Origin: Octopus vulgaris
Lineage: Eukaryota
Assembly: GCA_951406725.2 (NCBI GenBank)
Contig: OX597842.1
Location: forward strand, 2,790,001 to 2,854,000
Direction of reading: 5' to 3'
DNA length: 64,000 bases
Shown: piece after piece, positions 13,891 through 25,287 of the stretch
How the letters are laid out: each line of letters opens with the position of its first letter
How positions within the stretch are numbered: position 1 is the first letter of the stretch
Position numbers and translations under genes: made by a program
The notes under the pieces: model-generated
Told to the model about the DNA's origin: nothing
Seen by the model: only the letters and a program-made list of their open reading frames with translations
The model's database searches: none

Positions 13891-13984
13891 ACAATGATGA
13901 TGATGATGATGTTGTGTGTGTGTGTGTTTCTCTTTGTGTATGTTTATATCTGTGTGTATGTGTATATCTATATGTGCATGTCTT

Positions 13985-14705
13985 TGTATTATATTTGCCT
14001 TCCACCACCGTTTGACAACCAATGTTGGTGTGTTTATGTCCTCATAACATAGCAGTTCAGCAACAGAGACCAATATAATAAGTATCAGGCTTAGAAAATA
14101 GAAAAAAAAAGCATCTGCGTGGCACCTTGGGCAAGTGTTTTCTCCTATGGCCTCGGGCCAACCAAAGCCTTGTGAATGGATTTGGTAGAAAGAAACTGAA
14201 AAAGCCCATCGTATATATGTGTGTGTGTGTGTGTCTGTATTTGTCCCCCCCCCCTCCGCCAACATTGCTTGACAATCAATGCTGGTGTGTTATGTCCCGG
14301 TAACTTAGTGGTTCAGCAAAAGAGGCCGACAGAATAAGTACTGGGCTTACAAAGAATAAGTCCCGGGGTCGATTTGCTCGACTAAAGGCTGTACTACAGC
14401 ATGGCCGCAATCAAATGACTGAGACAAGTAAAAGAGTAAAAGAGAAAAGCGACCAATAGAATAAGTACTGGACTTACAAAAAATAAGTCCTGGGTCGATT
14501 TCCTCAACTAAAGGTGGTGCTCCAGCATGGCCACACTCAAATGACTGAAAGAAGTAAAAAGAAAGAAAGCATCTAAGTACTGGGGTGGAGGGAGAAATTG
14601 ATTTCTTTGACTAAAATGAACAATCCTGGGGTTGTTATGTTTGACTAAAATTCTCAGAGGTGGTGCTGCAGCATGGCCGCAATCCAACGGCTGAAACAAA
14701 TTAAA
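13985..14705 (+). mobile_element. cluster of nested SINE A fragments and re-iterated 3' tails
   Basis: three successive cagcatggccgc/ac...ctgaaacaag-like tails. Confidence 0.8.
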
Positions 14706-14769
14706 GACAAAAAACTAACACAGAGCAAAAAGAGACGCATGAAAGATCAGAAAGGGATGAAATATTAGA

Positions 14770-14995
14770 GAGAAAGCAAATGGTTTAAAATAGCCGAGTG
14801 TCCATATATCAGTTTTATGAGTGTTTCCCGCCAACGAACGTATGTTATCACGAGAGCTCACTTCCTGTTTTGGAGGCAGCGAAAAATTCATTGCTGCGGA
14901 GCGGAAATACACATCAAATGGACATTACCTCTCGACATGCTGGAGTACAAACATTAATTCTCAGACAAAACATTGACGTAAACATTTATTAAATA
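14770..14995. promoter_or_regulatory. CpG-retaining unique island, candidate promoter or enhancer
   Basis: TTTCCCGCC (E2F-like, 14824), CACTTCCTG (ETS, 14859), GCGGAAAT (14901), TTTTATGA, GTAAACA. Confidence 0.3.
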
Positions 14996-15010
14996 CGCAC
15001 ACACACGCAT

Positions 15011-15047
<37 letters not shown>

Positions 15048-15687
15048 TAGCTGCATATATCTACAAACACATACATGAATATATATATATTATATATACA
15101 TACATACACACATATGCATAGTACATATATGAATGCATATATTTATATATATATATATATATATATACATACACACATACATATATTAATTTTTTTTATA
15201 TACATATATATGGGTATAGATACATGCAAATATGTATAAACACACGTACATACATAAATGAATACAAGTATATTTTATATAATTATACGTATATATATAT
15301 CTGTATATATTAATGCATATATATATATATTTATACGCTTATGTATGTATGTGTGTGTGTTTGTTATATATATATATATATATATATAACACATGCAAAC
15401 ATATATAAATGTGTATATATATATGCATTAATATTAATATATATATATATATATATAATGTATTTATATATATATTTACATATATATACACACACACATA
15501 TACATAGATGCATAACTTCAAAAATAAATATATATGTATATATGCAGAGATACATAAATGCACATATATACTTTTCTCTCTCTCTCTCTCTCTTTCTCCC
15601 TCCCCATGTATATACATACATACTTTTATTTTTTTATTTATTTATTTTTATTTTATCTTGTTTCAGCTTACAAACTGTGGCCATGCT

Positions 15688-15822
15688 GGGGAAATTTCAA
15701 ACCTGGGTTCTCATTCCTAAGGTGTTTTTCAATGTTGTTGTTGTTATTATTTTTCAAGTCACTGCCTGGAATCGAACTCAGAACCTTGGGGTTAGTAGCC
15801 CGCGCTCTTAACCTCTACGCCA
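15688..15822 (-). mobile_element. tRNA-headed hammerhead family H1, truncated just before the ribozyme
   Basis: minus strand: tggcgtagaggttaagagcgcgggctactaaccccaag..gagttcgattccaggc, (AAT/AAC)n, ttaggaatgagaacccagg..aaatttcccc; homologous to 21687-21925 and 25638-26372. Confidence 0.8.
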
Positions 15823-15828
15823 AAAATG

Positions 15829-17518
15829 TAAATGTTCATCCCATAAATAATGCAGTTTTCTTATACTTCTTTTATTTTTCAAAATTCAAATAAACAAAGT
15901 TCTTTTTCACTCTAAAATATACTAAATATATTCATCATTTTCTAAAATGCTCTTTCACCTCTCTTGTAAACTTGCAAGACCCCTCTTCCAAAATTCACTT
16001 CTTCATGATGAAAAATACTCTTCCACTACTGTTCTAACCTTGTCAACAGAACTCATATTTTTCCGTCCAAATGATTATGAAGACTGGAGATTGAATGATA
16101 ACCAGATGGGGCAATGTCTGGTGAATATTGTGGGTGGGGCATCATTTCCCATTAAAACTGCTCCAGCTTTTGGAATGTCATCCTTACTGTACATGGCTGT
16201 GCATTATCCTGATGGAAGAACACCTTTCATCTTTAAAACAAAGATGGTTGTTTTTCTTCTAGCTCAACTTATAACCGTTCAAGCTGCTTGCAGTAGATCT
16301 TTCTTATTGTTTGGTTTGGGTTTAAAAGTTCAAAGTGGACTAAACCTTTCATATCTCACTAAACAGATAACAACACCTTACGTGGGTGAAAACTTTCTTC
16401 AGCCTGGGGTGCCAGTATTTCCTCTTTTGCCTACCCACTGCCAAAGGCAGTGGGTAGGGAAGGACATCTTTATAGAGAACCCATTTCTCATCACCAGTCA
16501 CTATTCAGTCCCAAAAATGGTTCATTCGTGAGAGAAGAGCACGCATTCACTCTCTACATGTGATTAGACTCAGAAAGTTTGTGAGAAAGGCGCAGGAGTG
16601 GCTATAGGCGCAGGAGTGGCTGTGTGGTAAGTAGCTTGCTAACCAACCACATGGTTGCGGGTTCAGTCCCACTGCGTGGCATCTTGGGCAAGTGTCTTCT
16701 GCTGTAGCCCCGGGCCGACCAATGCCTTGTGAGTGGATTTGGTAGACGGAAACTGAAAGAAGCCTGTCGTATATATGTATATATATATGTGTGGGTGTGT
16801 TTGTGTGTCTGTGTTTGTCCCCCTAGCATTGCTTGACAACCGATGCTGGTGTGTTTACGTCCCCGTCTCTTAGCGGTTCGGCAAAAGAGACCGATAGAAT
16901 AAGTACTGGGCTTACAACGAATAAGTCCCGGGGTCGATTTGCTCGACTAAAGGCGGTGCTCCAGCATGGCCGCAGTCAAAATGACTGAAACAAGTAAAAG
17001 AGAGTAAAAGAGTAAGAGTAAAACCTATTGACCCAATTTGCTGACTTTTCCAATGTACACAGGTGTCGATGAATGGTTGAATGACCAAATCCAAGATTCT
17101 CTGCTAGTTCCTTAACAGTTATGATGGGATTTTGTTCCACCAGGGTTTGGTGATGCCCTTATTTCAGCTCTACAGATTTTTCAGAATGAGGCTTATCTCC
17201 TAGGAGGTAGTTTCCAGCTCAGAATTTCTGGAACCACCACTGACACTGGCTTATGCTTATTGTCCGATCCCCATATACTGCATTAATATTCCTTATGCTT
17301 TGTTGTTGGCTTTATTGAACTCATAAAGCGAAATATGCCAAATATATTCCTTTGTCACTTCCATTATAGCTTTGAAAAAATAACTGTTAAAATGGAACTT
17401 GCACTAAGAATAAGCACAAGGTAAAATTACTACCTGTTTTTATAACAAGTTGATGCAGGTAGTATATCCCATCCCCTCCAACTTCAAAAAACCACTTTAT
17501 TTCTGGGATGACTAAATA
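15829..17518 (-). mobile_element. decayed full-length mariner transposon interrupted by SINE A
   Basis: termini tcatcccataaataa / ttatttctgggatgact; minus-strand MEVTKEYI..YEFNK N-terminus and PHPQYSPDIAPSGYH motif. Confidence 0.85.
16589..17020 (+). mobile_element. SINE family A, full-length young copy with duplicated 5' end
   Basis: ggcgcaggagtggct appears twice at the head; intact tail. Confidence 0.95.
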
Positions 17519-17545
17519 TATACACACACACACACACACATACAT

Positions 17546-17930
17546 ATTCTTTTATTCTTTTACTTGCCTCAGTCATTTTGACGGTGGTCATGCTGGAGCA
17601 TTGTTTTTAGTTGAAAAAGTCAACCCCAGGACTTACTCTTTTAAGTCTAATACTTATTGTATCGGTATCTTTTGCTGAACTGCTAGGTTACAGGGACGTA
17701 AACACACCAACATCAATTGTCAAATGATGGTAGGGGGGACAAACACACACACACACATATATACAATAATGGGCTTCTTTCAGTTTCTGTCAACCAAATC
17801 CACTCACAAGGCATTAGTTGGCTTGAGGCTGTAGTAGAAGACACTTGCTCAAGGTGCCATGCAGTAGGAACTGAACCCAGAACCATGTGGTTGGTAAGCA
17901 AGCTACTTACCACACAGCTACGCCTGTACC
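17546..17930 (-). mobile_element. SINE family A
   Basis: similarity to consensus. Confidence 0.88.
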
Positions 17931-17969
17931 TATATATGTCGTACATATATCTATGTATATATATGTATG

Positions 17970-18000
<31 letters not shown>

Positions 18001-18691
18001 GTATTCATATACATGTGTGTACATACATCATGTTGGATCGCTGAACTCTACACTGTTTTGATTTTTGTCACTGTTTTTTATATTATCTCCCCAATTTTTC
18101 CTTCGTATTCCTTTCTGTCAAAGAGCACAGGCTTGGAACATAAAAGAGATTCTCATTTTCCTTGAGTGTCAAACTAACACACCTGCTCATTGTTCCTACA
18201 CCTGTGTTCTTTTTTTTTCTGCAAATTTGTACTATATATATTTTTAAGAGATCAAGGGCAAACAGGTTTTTGGGATCTGACAATATGCCATAAAGCTAAA
18301 CCCTTTATGGACAGGAAACCCAAGGTAATCCCATAAACCAGCCTCCCCCATTTTCTTTATATATACTGCTCTACATCCTAAAGTGTGCTTTATCTTTCAG
18401 ATTTATGTTTTCTGTACACACATATACACACTTGCATATTTACATATACATCCACACACACACACAGATATATATGTATGCAATATATATTCTCACACAC
18501 ATTTATGGGAGAAACATAAATGGAAAGAAAGAAAGAAAGAGAGAGATGGATATGTTAGCATGACCATATACATTTCACTCAAGTACATACACGCGCAAAC
18601 ATGTGTGTGTGTGTGCTCATACATGTATGTGTGTGTATGCATACACATATACATAATTCTATGAACATTTCCATGTCTTTAGTTGTGTGCA

Positions 18692-18726
<35 letters not shown>

Positions 18727-18730
<4 letters not shown>

Positions 18731-18852
18731 TAGAGAAGAACCACTATTATGCAATTCAAACAATGATAAACATAAACCAAATCATAAATAAAATATATTT
18801 TTATATAAAACATATTACTAGATCATAAAAAATATTATACTCCCTAATATTA

Positions 18853-18857
<5 letters not shown>
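18727..18857. repeat. ~130 bp direct repeat, copy 1 (copy 2 at 19360-19490)
   Basis: aaattagagaagaaccactattatgcaattcaaacaatgat...tatactccctaatattatta at both sites. Confidence 0.9.
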
Positions 18858-18930
<73 letters not shown>

Positions 18931-18935
<5 letters not shown>

Positions 18936-19341
18936 CGCAGGAGTGGCTGTGTGGTAAGTAGCTTGCTTACCAGCCACATGGTTCCGGGTTCAGTCCCACT
19001 GTGTGGCATCTTGGGCAAGTGTCTTGAACTATAGCCTCGGGCCAACCAAAGCCTTGTGAGTGGATTTGGTAGATGGAAACTGAAAGAAGCCTGTCGTATA
19101 TATGTATATATATATATATATATGTGCATGTGTTTGTGTGTCTGTGTTTGTCCCCCTAGCATTGCTTGACAACCGATGCTGTTGTGTTTACGTCTCTGTA
19201 ACTTAGCGGTTCGGCAAAAGAGACTGATAGAATAAGTACTGGGCTTACAAAGAATAAGTCCTGGGGTCGATTTGCTCGACTAAAGGCGGTGCTCCAGCAT
19301 GGCCGCAGTCAAATGACTGAAACAAGTAAAAGAGTAAAGAG
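18931..19341 (+). mobile_element. SINE family A, full-length reference copy
   Basis: ataggcgcaggagtggctgtgtggtaag A-box, gggttcagtccc B-box, CORE-like block, tail gtaaaagagtaaagag. Confidence 0.95.
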
Positions 19342-19504
19342 CATATATATATATATATATAAATTAGAGAAGAACCACTATTATGCAATTCAAACAATGA
19401 TAGACATAAACCAAATCATAAATAAAGGATAAGATATATTTAAAAACATATAACTAGATCATAAACGAATTATACTCCCTAATATTATTATATATATATA
19501 TATG

Positions 19505-19547
<43 letters not shown>

Positions 19548-19550
<3 letters not shown>

Positions 19551-19752
19551 GGAGTAAACACATAAATATGAAACAAGGTGGAAAAAAGAGTACTCAAATA
19601 CCAGGGGTAGAGTAATATGCTTTATTTAAAAGCAGCAGGCAGAAATTCAACAAAACTTGTTACTCAGAGTTTCACATTCCCGTCCGATGAACGGGAATGG
19701 GAAACTCCGAGTAACAGGTTTTGATGAGTTTCTGCTGCTTTTAAATAAAGTA
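19548..19752. mobile_element. foldback element family H2 (~60 bp arms) with hammerhead-like motif
   Basis: 19620-19683 is an inverted repeat of 19691-19750; homologous copies at 61728-61880 and 40238-40300. Confidence 0.8.
19681..19717 (+). ncRNA. minimal hammerhead-like motif, variant core CCGAUGA
   Basis: GT CCGATGA ACG GGAA TGG GAAAC TC C GAGT A ACAG; near-palindromic helix III ACTC-N-GAGT, GUA triplet. Confidence 0.5.
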
Positions 19753-20139
19753 TATATATATATACACACACACACATCCATACGCATGCAGTTTTACAAA
19801 TATAGGTAAGCAATAAGTTAAACATAAACTTGCTTAATTACCATATTTGTGTGTGTGTCTGAGGCCAGAATTAAACAGAAGATTTAGTTAAAATCAACAT
19901 TATAACATCATAAATTATATAACATTTACACATGTTTCACTAGTATAAGCTAGAATGTTGTGCTACAGTCATAGACAATTGTGTAGTCACCTTAAATGCC
20001 AGATCTTCAGAAGAAGACAGTAATTTAACCCATTGTCTGTTGCCAACCATAGTTGGTAGGCCTTCCAGTATAATTTGTATATTGGCATTATAATTCAAAT
20101 CTTCTCACTTTTAATGTTCCATTTCAATCAGGTATGATA

Positions 20140-20470
20140 TTCCAAAGGCTGGAACAGTTTGAATAGGAAACGATGCCCCACCCACCATATTCATGGGACA
20201 TTGCCCCATCTGATTATCATTTATTCTGCAGACTTCAAAATCATTTGGATGGAAAATATATGAATTCTGTAGACGAAGTCAGAACAGTAGTGGAAGAGTA
20301 TTTTTTTTTTTGTTACAGACAAGTGAGTTTTGGAAGAGAGGCTTTGCAAGTCTACCAGATAGATGGAAGAGTATTGTAGAAAATGAAGGAGAGTAGATTT
20401 GAGATTAAAAAAGAATTTAAAAGAATAAAATAAGTATGAAAAAAACCCCTCATTATTTATGGGATGACTC
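20140..20470 (+). mobile_element. mariner transposase 3' fragment with TIR
   Basis: PHPPYSWDIAPSDYHLF motif; ends cattatttatgggatgact, same family as 15829-17518. Confidence 0.88.
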
Positions 20471-20657
20471 AATTCATAAAACAAAACAAAGCATACATAC
20501 ATACACACATACTAAAATACCCTGTTGTTGATGTTGAAATTCCAATGAAGGAGCCTTAGATCTAAGTTAAAACCTGCTCTTTCTGTATTAGCAAGAATCT
20601 TGAAATAAAATTGTGCAATGACATATATATATATATATATGTGTGTGTGTATGTATG

Positions 20658-20698
<41 letters not shown>

Positions 20699-21011
20699 TG
20701 AAATACTAAGGCCATCAATAATGATGCCAGGTGTTTTGCTAAATTTTGTGATAATTACAACATTTTCATTGCTAAGTTTGAATATTCAATTTTCCCAATT
20801 TGAGTTATTACTGAGAAATGTACAGGTTGATGAAAGCTGCTAACGAGATTATGAGGATGTAAATAAAAATGCCAAAAACAAACGGGGAAATAATTAAGTT
20901 ATCTTTATCTCTCCCCAAATCTCATGTAGGTTTGATTGAAATTAAAATGTACAAGATGTTGTTGTCAGTGACTCATTCATTATTCTACGTTATGTAATTT
21001 TCTACAATAGA

Positions 21012-21600
21012 CAGGTGCAGGCATAGCTCTGTGGTAAGACACTTGTTTCCCAACCACATGGTTCTGGTTTCAGTCCCGCTACATGGCACCTTGGGCAAGT
21101 GTCTTCTACTATAGCCTTGTGAATGGATCAGGTAGATGGAAACTGGAAGAAGCCTGTCATATATATATTCGTTTTATTCGTTTATTTGTTTCAGTCATGT
21201 GGTTGTGGCCATGATAGTGCAATACCTTTTAGTTGAATGAATTGACCCCAGGACTTATTTTTTAAGCCTGGTACTTATTCTATTAGTCTCTTTTGCTGAA
21301 CCACTAAGTTATGGGGATATAAGCACATCAACACTGGTTGTCAAGCAGTGGTGGGGGACAAGCTCTCTCTCTCTCTCTGTCTCTCTGTCTCTCGCACACA
21401 CACACACACACATATATATGTACATACATATATACAATGGGATATTTTCAGTTTCTGTCAACCAAATCCATTCTGAAGGCCTTGATCAGCTTGAGGCTAT
21501 AATAGAAAGACACTTGCCCAAGGTGCCACACATTGAGACTGAACCCAAAACCATGTGGTTAGGAAGGAAGCTTCTTACCACACAGCCACGCCTCTGCCTA
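21012..21600. mobile_element. SINE A head (+, 21012-21165) adjoining SINE A (-, 21170-21600)
   Basis: opposite-orientation similarity to consensus. Confidence 0.8.
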
Positions 21601-21646
21601 TATACCTGTGTGTGTGTTTTTGTGTTTGGCCCCCCATCACTGCTTG

Positions 21647-21925
21647 AATCTTGGGGTTAGTAGCCTGTGCTCTTAACCCACAGGCATATGGTTTAGTGGT
21701 TAAGAACACTGGCTACTATCCCCCAAGATTCCGAATTCAATTCCAGGCATTGACCTGAATAATAATAATAATAATAATAATAGCATTGAAAAATATCTTA
21801 GGAATGAGAACCCAGGTTCAAAATTTCCCCAACACACCTGATGAAGGCTGGAGGGTATATCAGCCAAAACTTGTTAACAACAAACAAGATGAGGACAAAT
21901 ATCCGTCAAATGTCAATAATGTATT
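21647..21925 (+). mobile_element. family H1: tRNA-like head, (AAT)n and degenerate hammerhead, preceded by an inverted partial head
   Basis: cacac CTGATGA A GGCTG..CAGCC aAAAC at 21833-21870; aatcttggggttagtagc..ttaacc inverted to ggttaag..gctactatccccaagatt. Confidence 0.8.
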
Positions 21926-22028
21926 TCTGGTTTTTGTTAAAGCAAGAAATACAAGCCCACAGTGTAATAATGAAACTGTCTAAAATTGAATAGATGACAC
22001 TTCTCAGTAATCTGAATATAAAAAGTAA

Positions 22029-22887
22029 TCTCTATATCTATAAATGGCAAAATGTCTGTGTATCTGTGTGCCTGTGTGTCCTTTATACAAATCCACAGTT
22101 TTTCAAGTAAAAGGCACGCATTTTCTATGGGCTTTCAAAACTGTCTGAGTGTGATCGGGAAGATCTTTTCATTTCCCCAGTCACCCCAGAAAGCCATTAA
22201 AAAAATCGATAAACCGACACCTTATGCCCATAAGTTATGGGCATATCCATTCAAAATCGCTAAAACATAGAAATTTGTACGTGGTGCAGGCATACAGCTA
22301 GATACGCCAATAGACTGCCTGTTGATCCCCCAAGGGATTTTCATAAAAAACGTTTATTTGTTTGCATCCAGCCTAAGATCGAATCATTCGCAGCCTACAC
22401 AGGAGGGGCATAGGGTTATCAAGGTGATCCTTTTGGTGCAAGAAACCTTAATTTGATTCGAGTTTACCTAAATTGCCAATCAATCAGTGGAAACTGAAAC
22501 CTTTTCTTTTAGCCCCAACTTGAGGTACGAAAGACCTAAGATACAAAGATTTTCTTAAGCGAAATTTCATGCTTTTTTGTTTTGAGATATGAGTGAAAAG
22601 TGGGATGCTAATTAATTTCAAGCCACATTTTTCCACTTGCTAGGAAATTTGAAAACTATGTCAGCCCTGATTATTCATCTCATTTTGTTGGTAAAGTTCT
22701 GCTTTCATGGGGGTCTTTATCGATTTTCCAACATGCTCCCCCTGGGTGGACTCAGAATCTGCAGAGGCTCAGTCAAACGCGTTATAAAACATATGCGATG
22801 GAAAGGCGAACATAATTTCCGAAAACGAAGAAAGGGATTTAGCGCAAAACTACCACTAGACCTGGCAACGCCGGGTCATAATGCTAG
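22029..22887 (+). mobile_element. non-autonomous Helitron
   Basis: A|TC 5' end (tctctatatctataaa); 3' hairpin gacctggc-aac-gccgggtc followed by CTAG|T. Confidence 0.8.
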
Positions 22888-23491
22888 TGTTAGGATATAA
22901 TGGAATATATATGAAATAGAATTATTAATAGTGGAAGAAAAGTTATATAAAAAAATACGGTATTGAATATATATTGATGACACAGCATATTATACACATT
23001 GATTAGTTTTACTAATGAGAAAAAATAGATTAATACGGTCATCAGAAATAAAAACATTGGTTAAGCATTATGAGACAAAGAAGATGGCAGAATGAACTTT
23101 TAAATACAAAAGAATAAATAGAACAATTCCAGTTTGTGTCAAATAATTTAGAGTTCATGTTGAATAATTTAGAAAGTAAAAAATATAAAGTGGGACAATT
23201 TCAACAGCTTCAAATGGTTAATTGTTCTGCACAAAGAAAAGGTATATATATGCAAATATACATTGATATGTATATATAAATCTACTTGTTTCAAAATACA
23301 TCTGTTTCAATAAATGTTTTCCTCACCAAAAATCATGCAAAACATGCTCAGATAAAGTATATTTATAAATGATTAGTAAATTTTGATAATTGATTAAGCA
23401 AGCAAACACACTCACCAGTTGTTGCTAGTCTATATTTCTCTTCTCTCTTTTATTTTCAACCATTCTGAAAAAAAAGAAAAGAAAAGAGAAA

Positions 23492-23915
23492 TCTTTATAT
23501 ATAAAAGTAAGGTTGTGTGTCTGTCTCCTACGATTTAGATTCCTAACTACTCCCACATTTTGTGGTGCAGTTTAACCAAAACTGGGTATCTTATAGTCGT
23601 GATTCATATCAAGCGCTTCTGGGTATTATATTTCTTTACTACCCACAAGGTATTAGCGCACGTCTACGATGAGTCTACGATTTAAAAAATAATTTACCAT
23701 CATTTTTTTCCATTTTAATGCATTTTTTTGCTATTATATAAGGGAAGTAACTCTCTAAAAATGTCTACGATGAGTCAACGTTTTTAAAAAAAATTTACTA
23801 TAATTTTTTTCCATTTTTAATGCATTTTTTTGCTATTTTTTGGCTATAACTCTCTAAAAATGCTTATATAGTTATTTCCCTTACAAACCCAAGCAACGCC
23901 GGGCAATACTGCTAG
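23492..23915 (+). mobile_element. non-autonomous Helitron (second family)
   Basis: A|TCTTTATATATAAAA start; imperfect 3' hairpin cccaagc-aac-gccggg then CTAG|T. Confidence 0.75.
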
Positions 23916-24074
23916 TGAAATATAAACAAGCAACAACTGGTGCATGTGTGTGTGCATTTATAGGGTTTATCAACTGTGATTTTCCCCAGATGTTACAATG
24001 TTGGTTTTACCACATGGTTACAGATCAATATTCTTAAAAATCAAATCCAGCATTGAGTATCTTTCTGTTGTTTT

Positions 24075-24450
24075 TTACTTATTTCAGTCATTGAACTGTG
24101 GCCATGCTGGGGCACCACATTGAATTCTTTCATTGAATAAATCGACCCTAGTAGGGTACTTACTCTGTCGGTCACTTTTGTCAAACCACCAAGTTACAGG
24201 GAAGTAAACAAACCAACACCAGTTGTCAAGTGTGGTGGACAAATGCATACATACATATATATCTTTTATCTTTTACTTGTCTCAGTCATTAGGCTCAGTC
24301 TGTTTTCCATGCTGGCATGGGTTGGACGATTTGACTGAGGACTGGTGAGCCCGATGGCTGCACCAGGCTCCAATCTGATCTGGCAATGTTTCTACAGCTG
24401 GATGCCCTTCCTAATACCAACCACTCCGAGAGTGTATTGGGTGCTTTGCC
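24075..24450 (-). mobile_element. SINE A tail fragment plus family E copy
   Basis: similarity to both consensuses. Confidence 0.7.
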
Positions 24451-24494
<44 letters not shown>

Positions 24495-24498
<4 letters not shown>

Positions 24499-25075
24499 GG
24501 TGTTTGGGTTAAATTTGACAGTTTCCATAAAAGGAAATGAAAAACAAACATCCAAAAATAAAAGTATGTTTTAAAAAATCAAAAAATATCAACTGGTTAT
24601 GGCTGGGAGGTAACAGTTTACTATTAGTGGCTGTGCTCAGTTTTCACCAAAAGACTCAACATGACATCAGAACCCCATGTAAGTATTCCTCACTATGACC
24701 CCGGGAAGATCTTCACACACCTCTTTGATCTTTGCCACTGGATCAGCTTTTGTGTTGCAGGCAGAGTGGTTGGTGTCTTTCTCAACCATGCCCTACACAT
24801 AATTACAATCAGAGTAATTAGGAGGTCAGATATTGGGGCTGGTGAAATTATAGAAATTCTTTGATGTCCACTTCTGACTCTTTGTAGACATATGGCAAGG
24901 AACCAAACTCTGCTGCCACACATATGGCCTTCCTGCAACGACCTTCTCTAGCCATGGTTTGACAAATGTTTCCAGTAGCTTCACATGGCTGTGTGAAATT
25001 GAGCCTAAAGCACTGTTCAAAGATGAAGCTCATTGAAGACACACTCAAAGATCACCACAGTTTGGTGGAACTTGG
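24495..25075 (-). mobile_element. Tc1/mariner (maT-like) transposase remnant
   Basis: translation VKPWLEKVVAGRPYVWQQ..PCH.S..SQKW..NF..FTSPNI*PPN.SDCN. Confidence 0.75.
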
Positions 25076-25287
25076 TTCTTTTTTCTCATTAGTAAAACTA
25101 ATCAATGTGTATAATATGTGTATAATATGTGTATAATATGTCATCTATATATATTTAATACACAATACTTAGTTATATATAACTTTTCTTCCACTATTAA
25201 TTATTCCATTTCATATATATTCCATTATATCCTAACCTTTCTTTTTATAGCATTATTAAATCTCAGAACGAGACGTAAACAGTAACC

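Larger units (their letters stand above)
22890..25237. mobile_element. large old foldback element with nested insertions
   Basis: 22890-23027 is an inverted repeat of 25079-25237; inner 26 bp inverted pair at 23413-23438 / 23917-23942. Confidence 0.7.

Noticed and set aside
15763-15822. tRNA gene with ACT anticodon (also 21687 and 25638)
   Set aside because: Acceptor, anticodon and T stems do not pair properly; it is a repeat head
15947-16531. 194 aa complex-looking ORF on +
   Set aside because: It is the antisense frame of the decayed mariner transposase
20540-20582. ccaatgaagg...taaaacctgctc as a decayed hammerhead
   Set aside because: Both core boxes are altered; not supportable from this single copy
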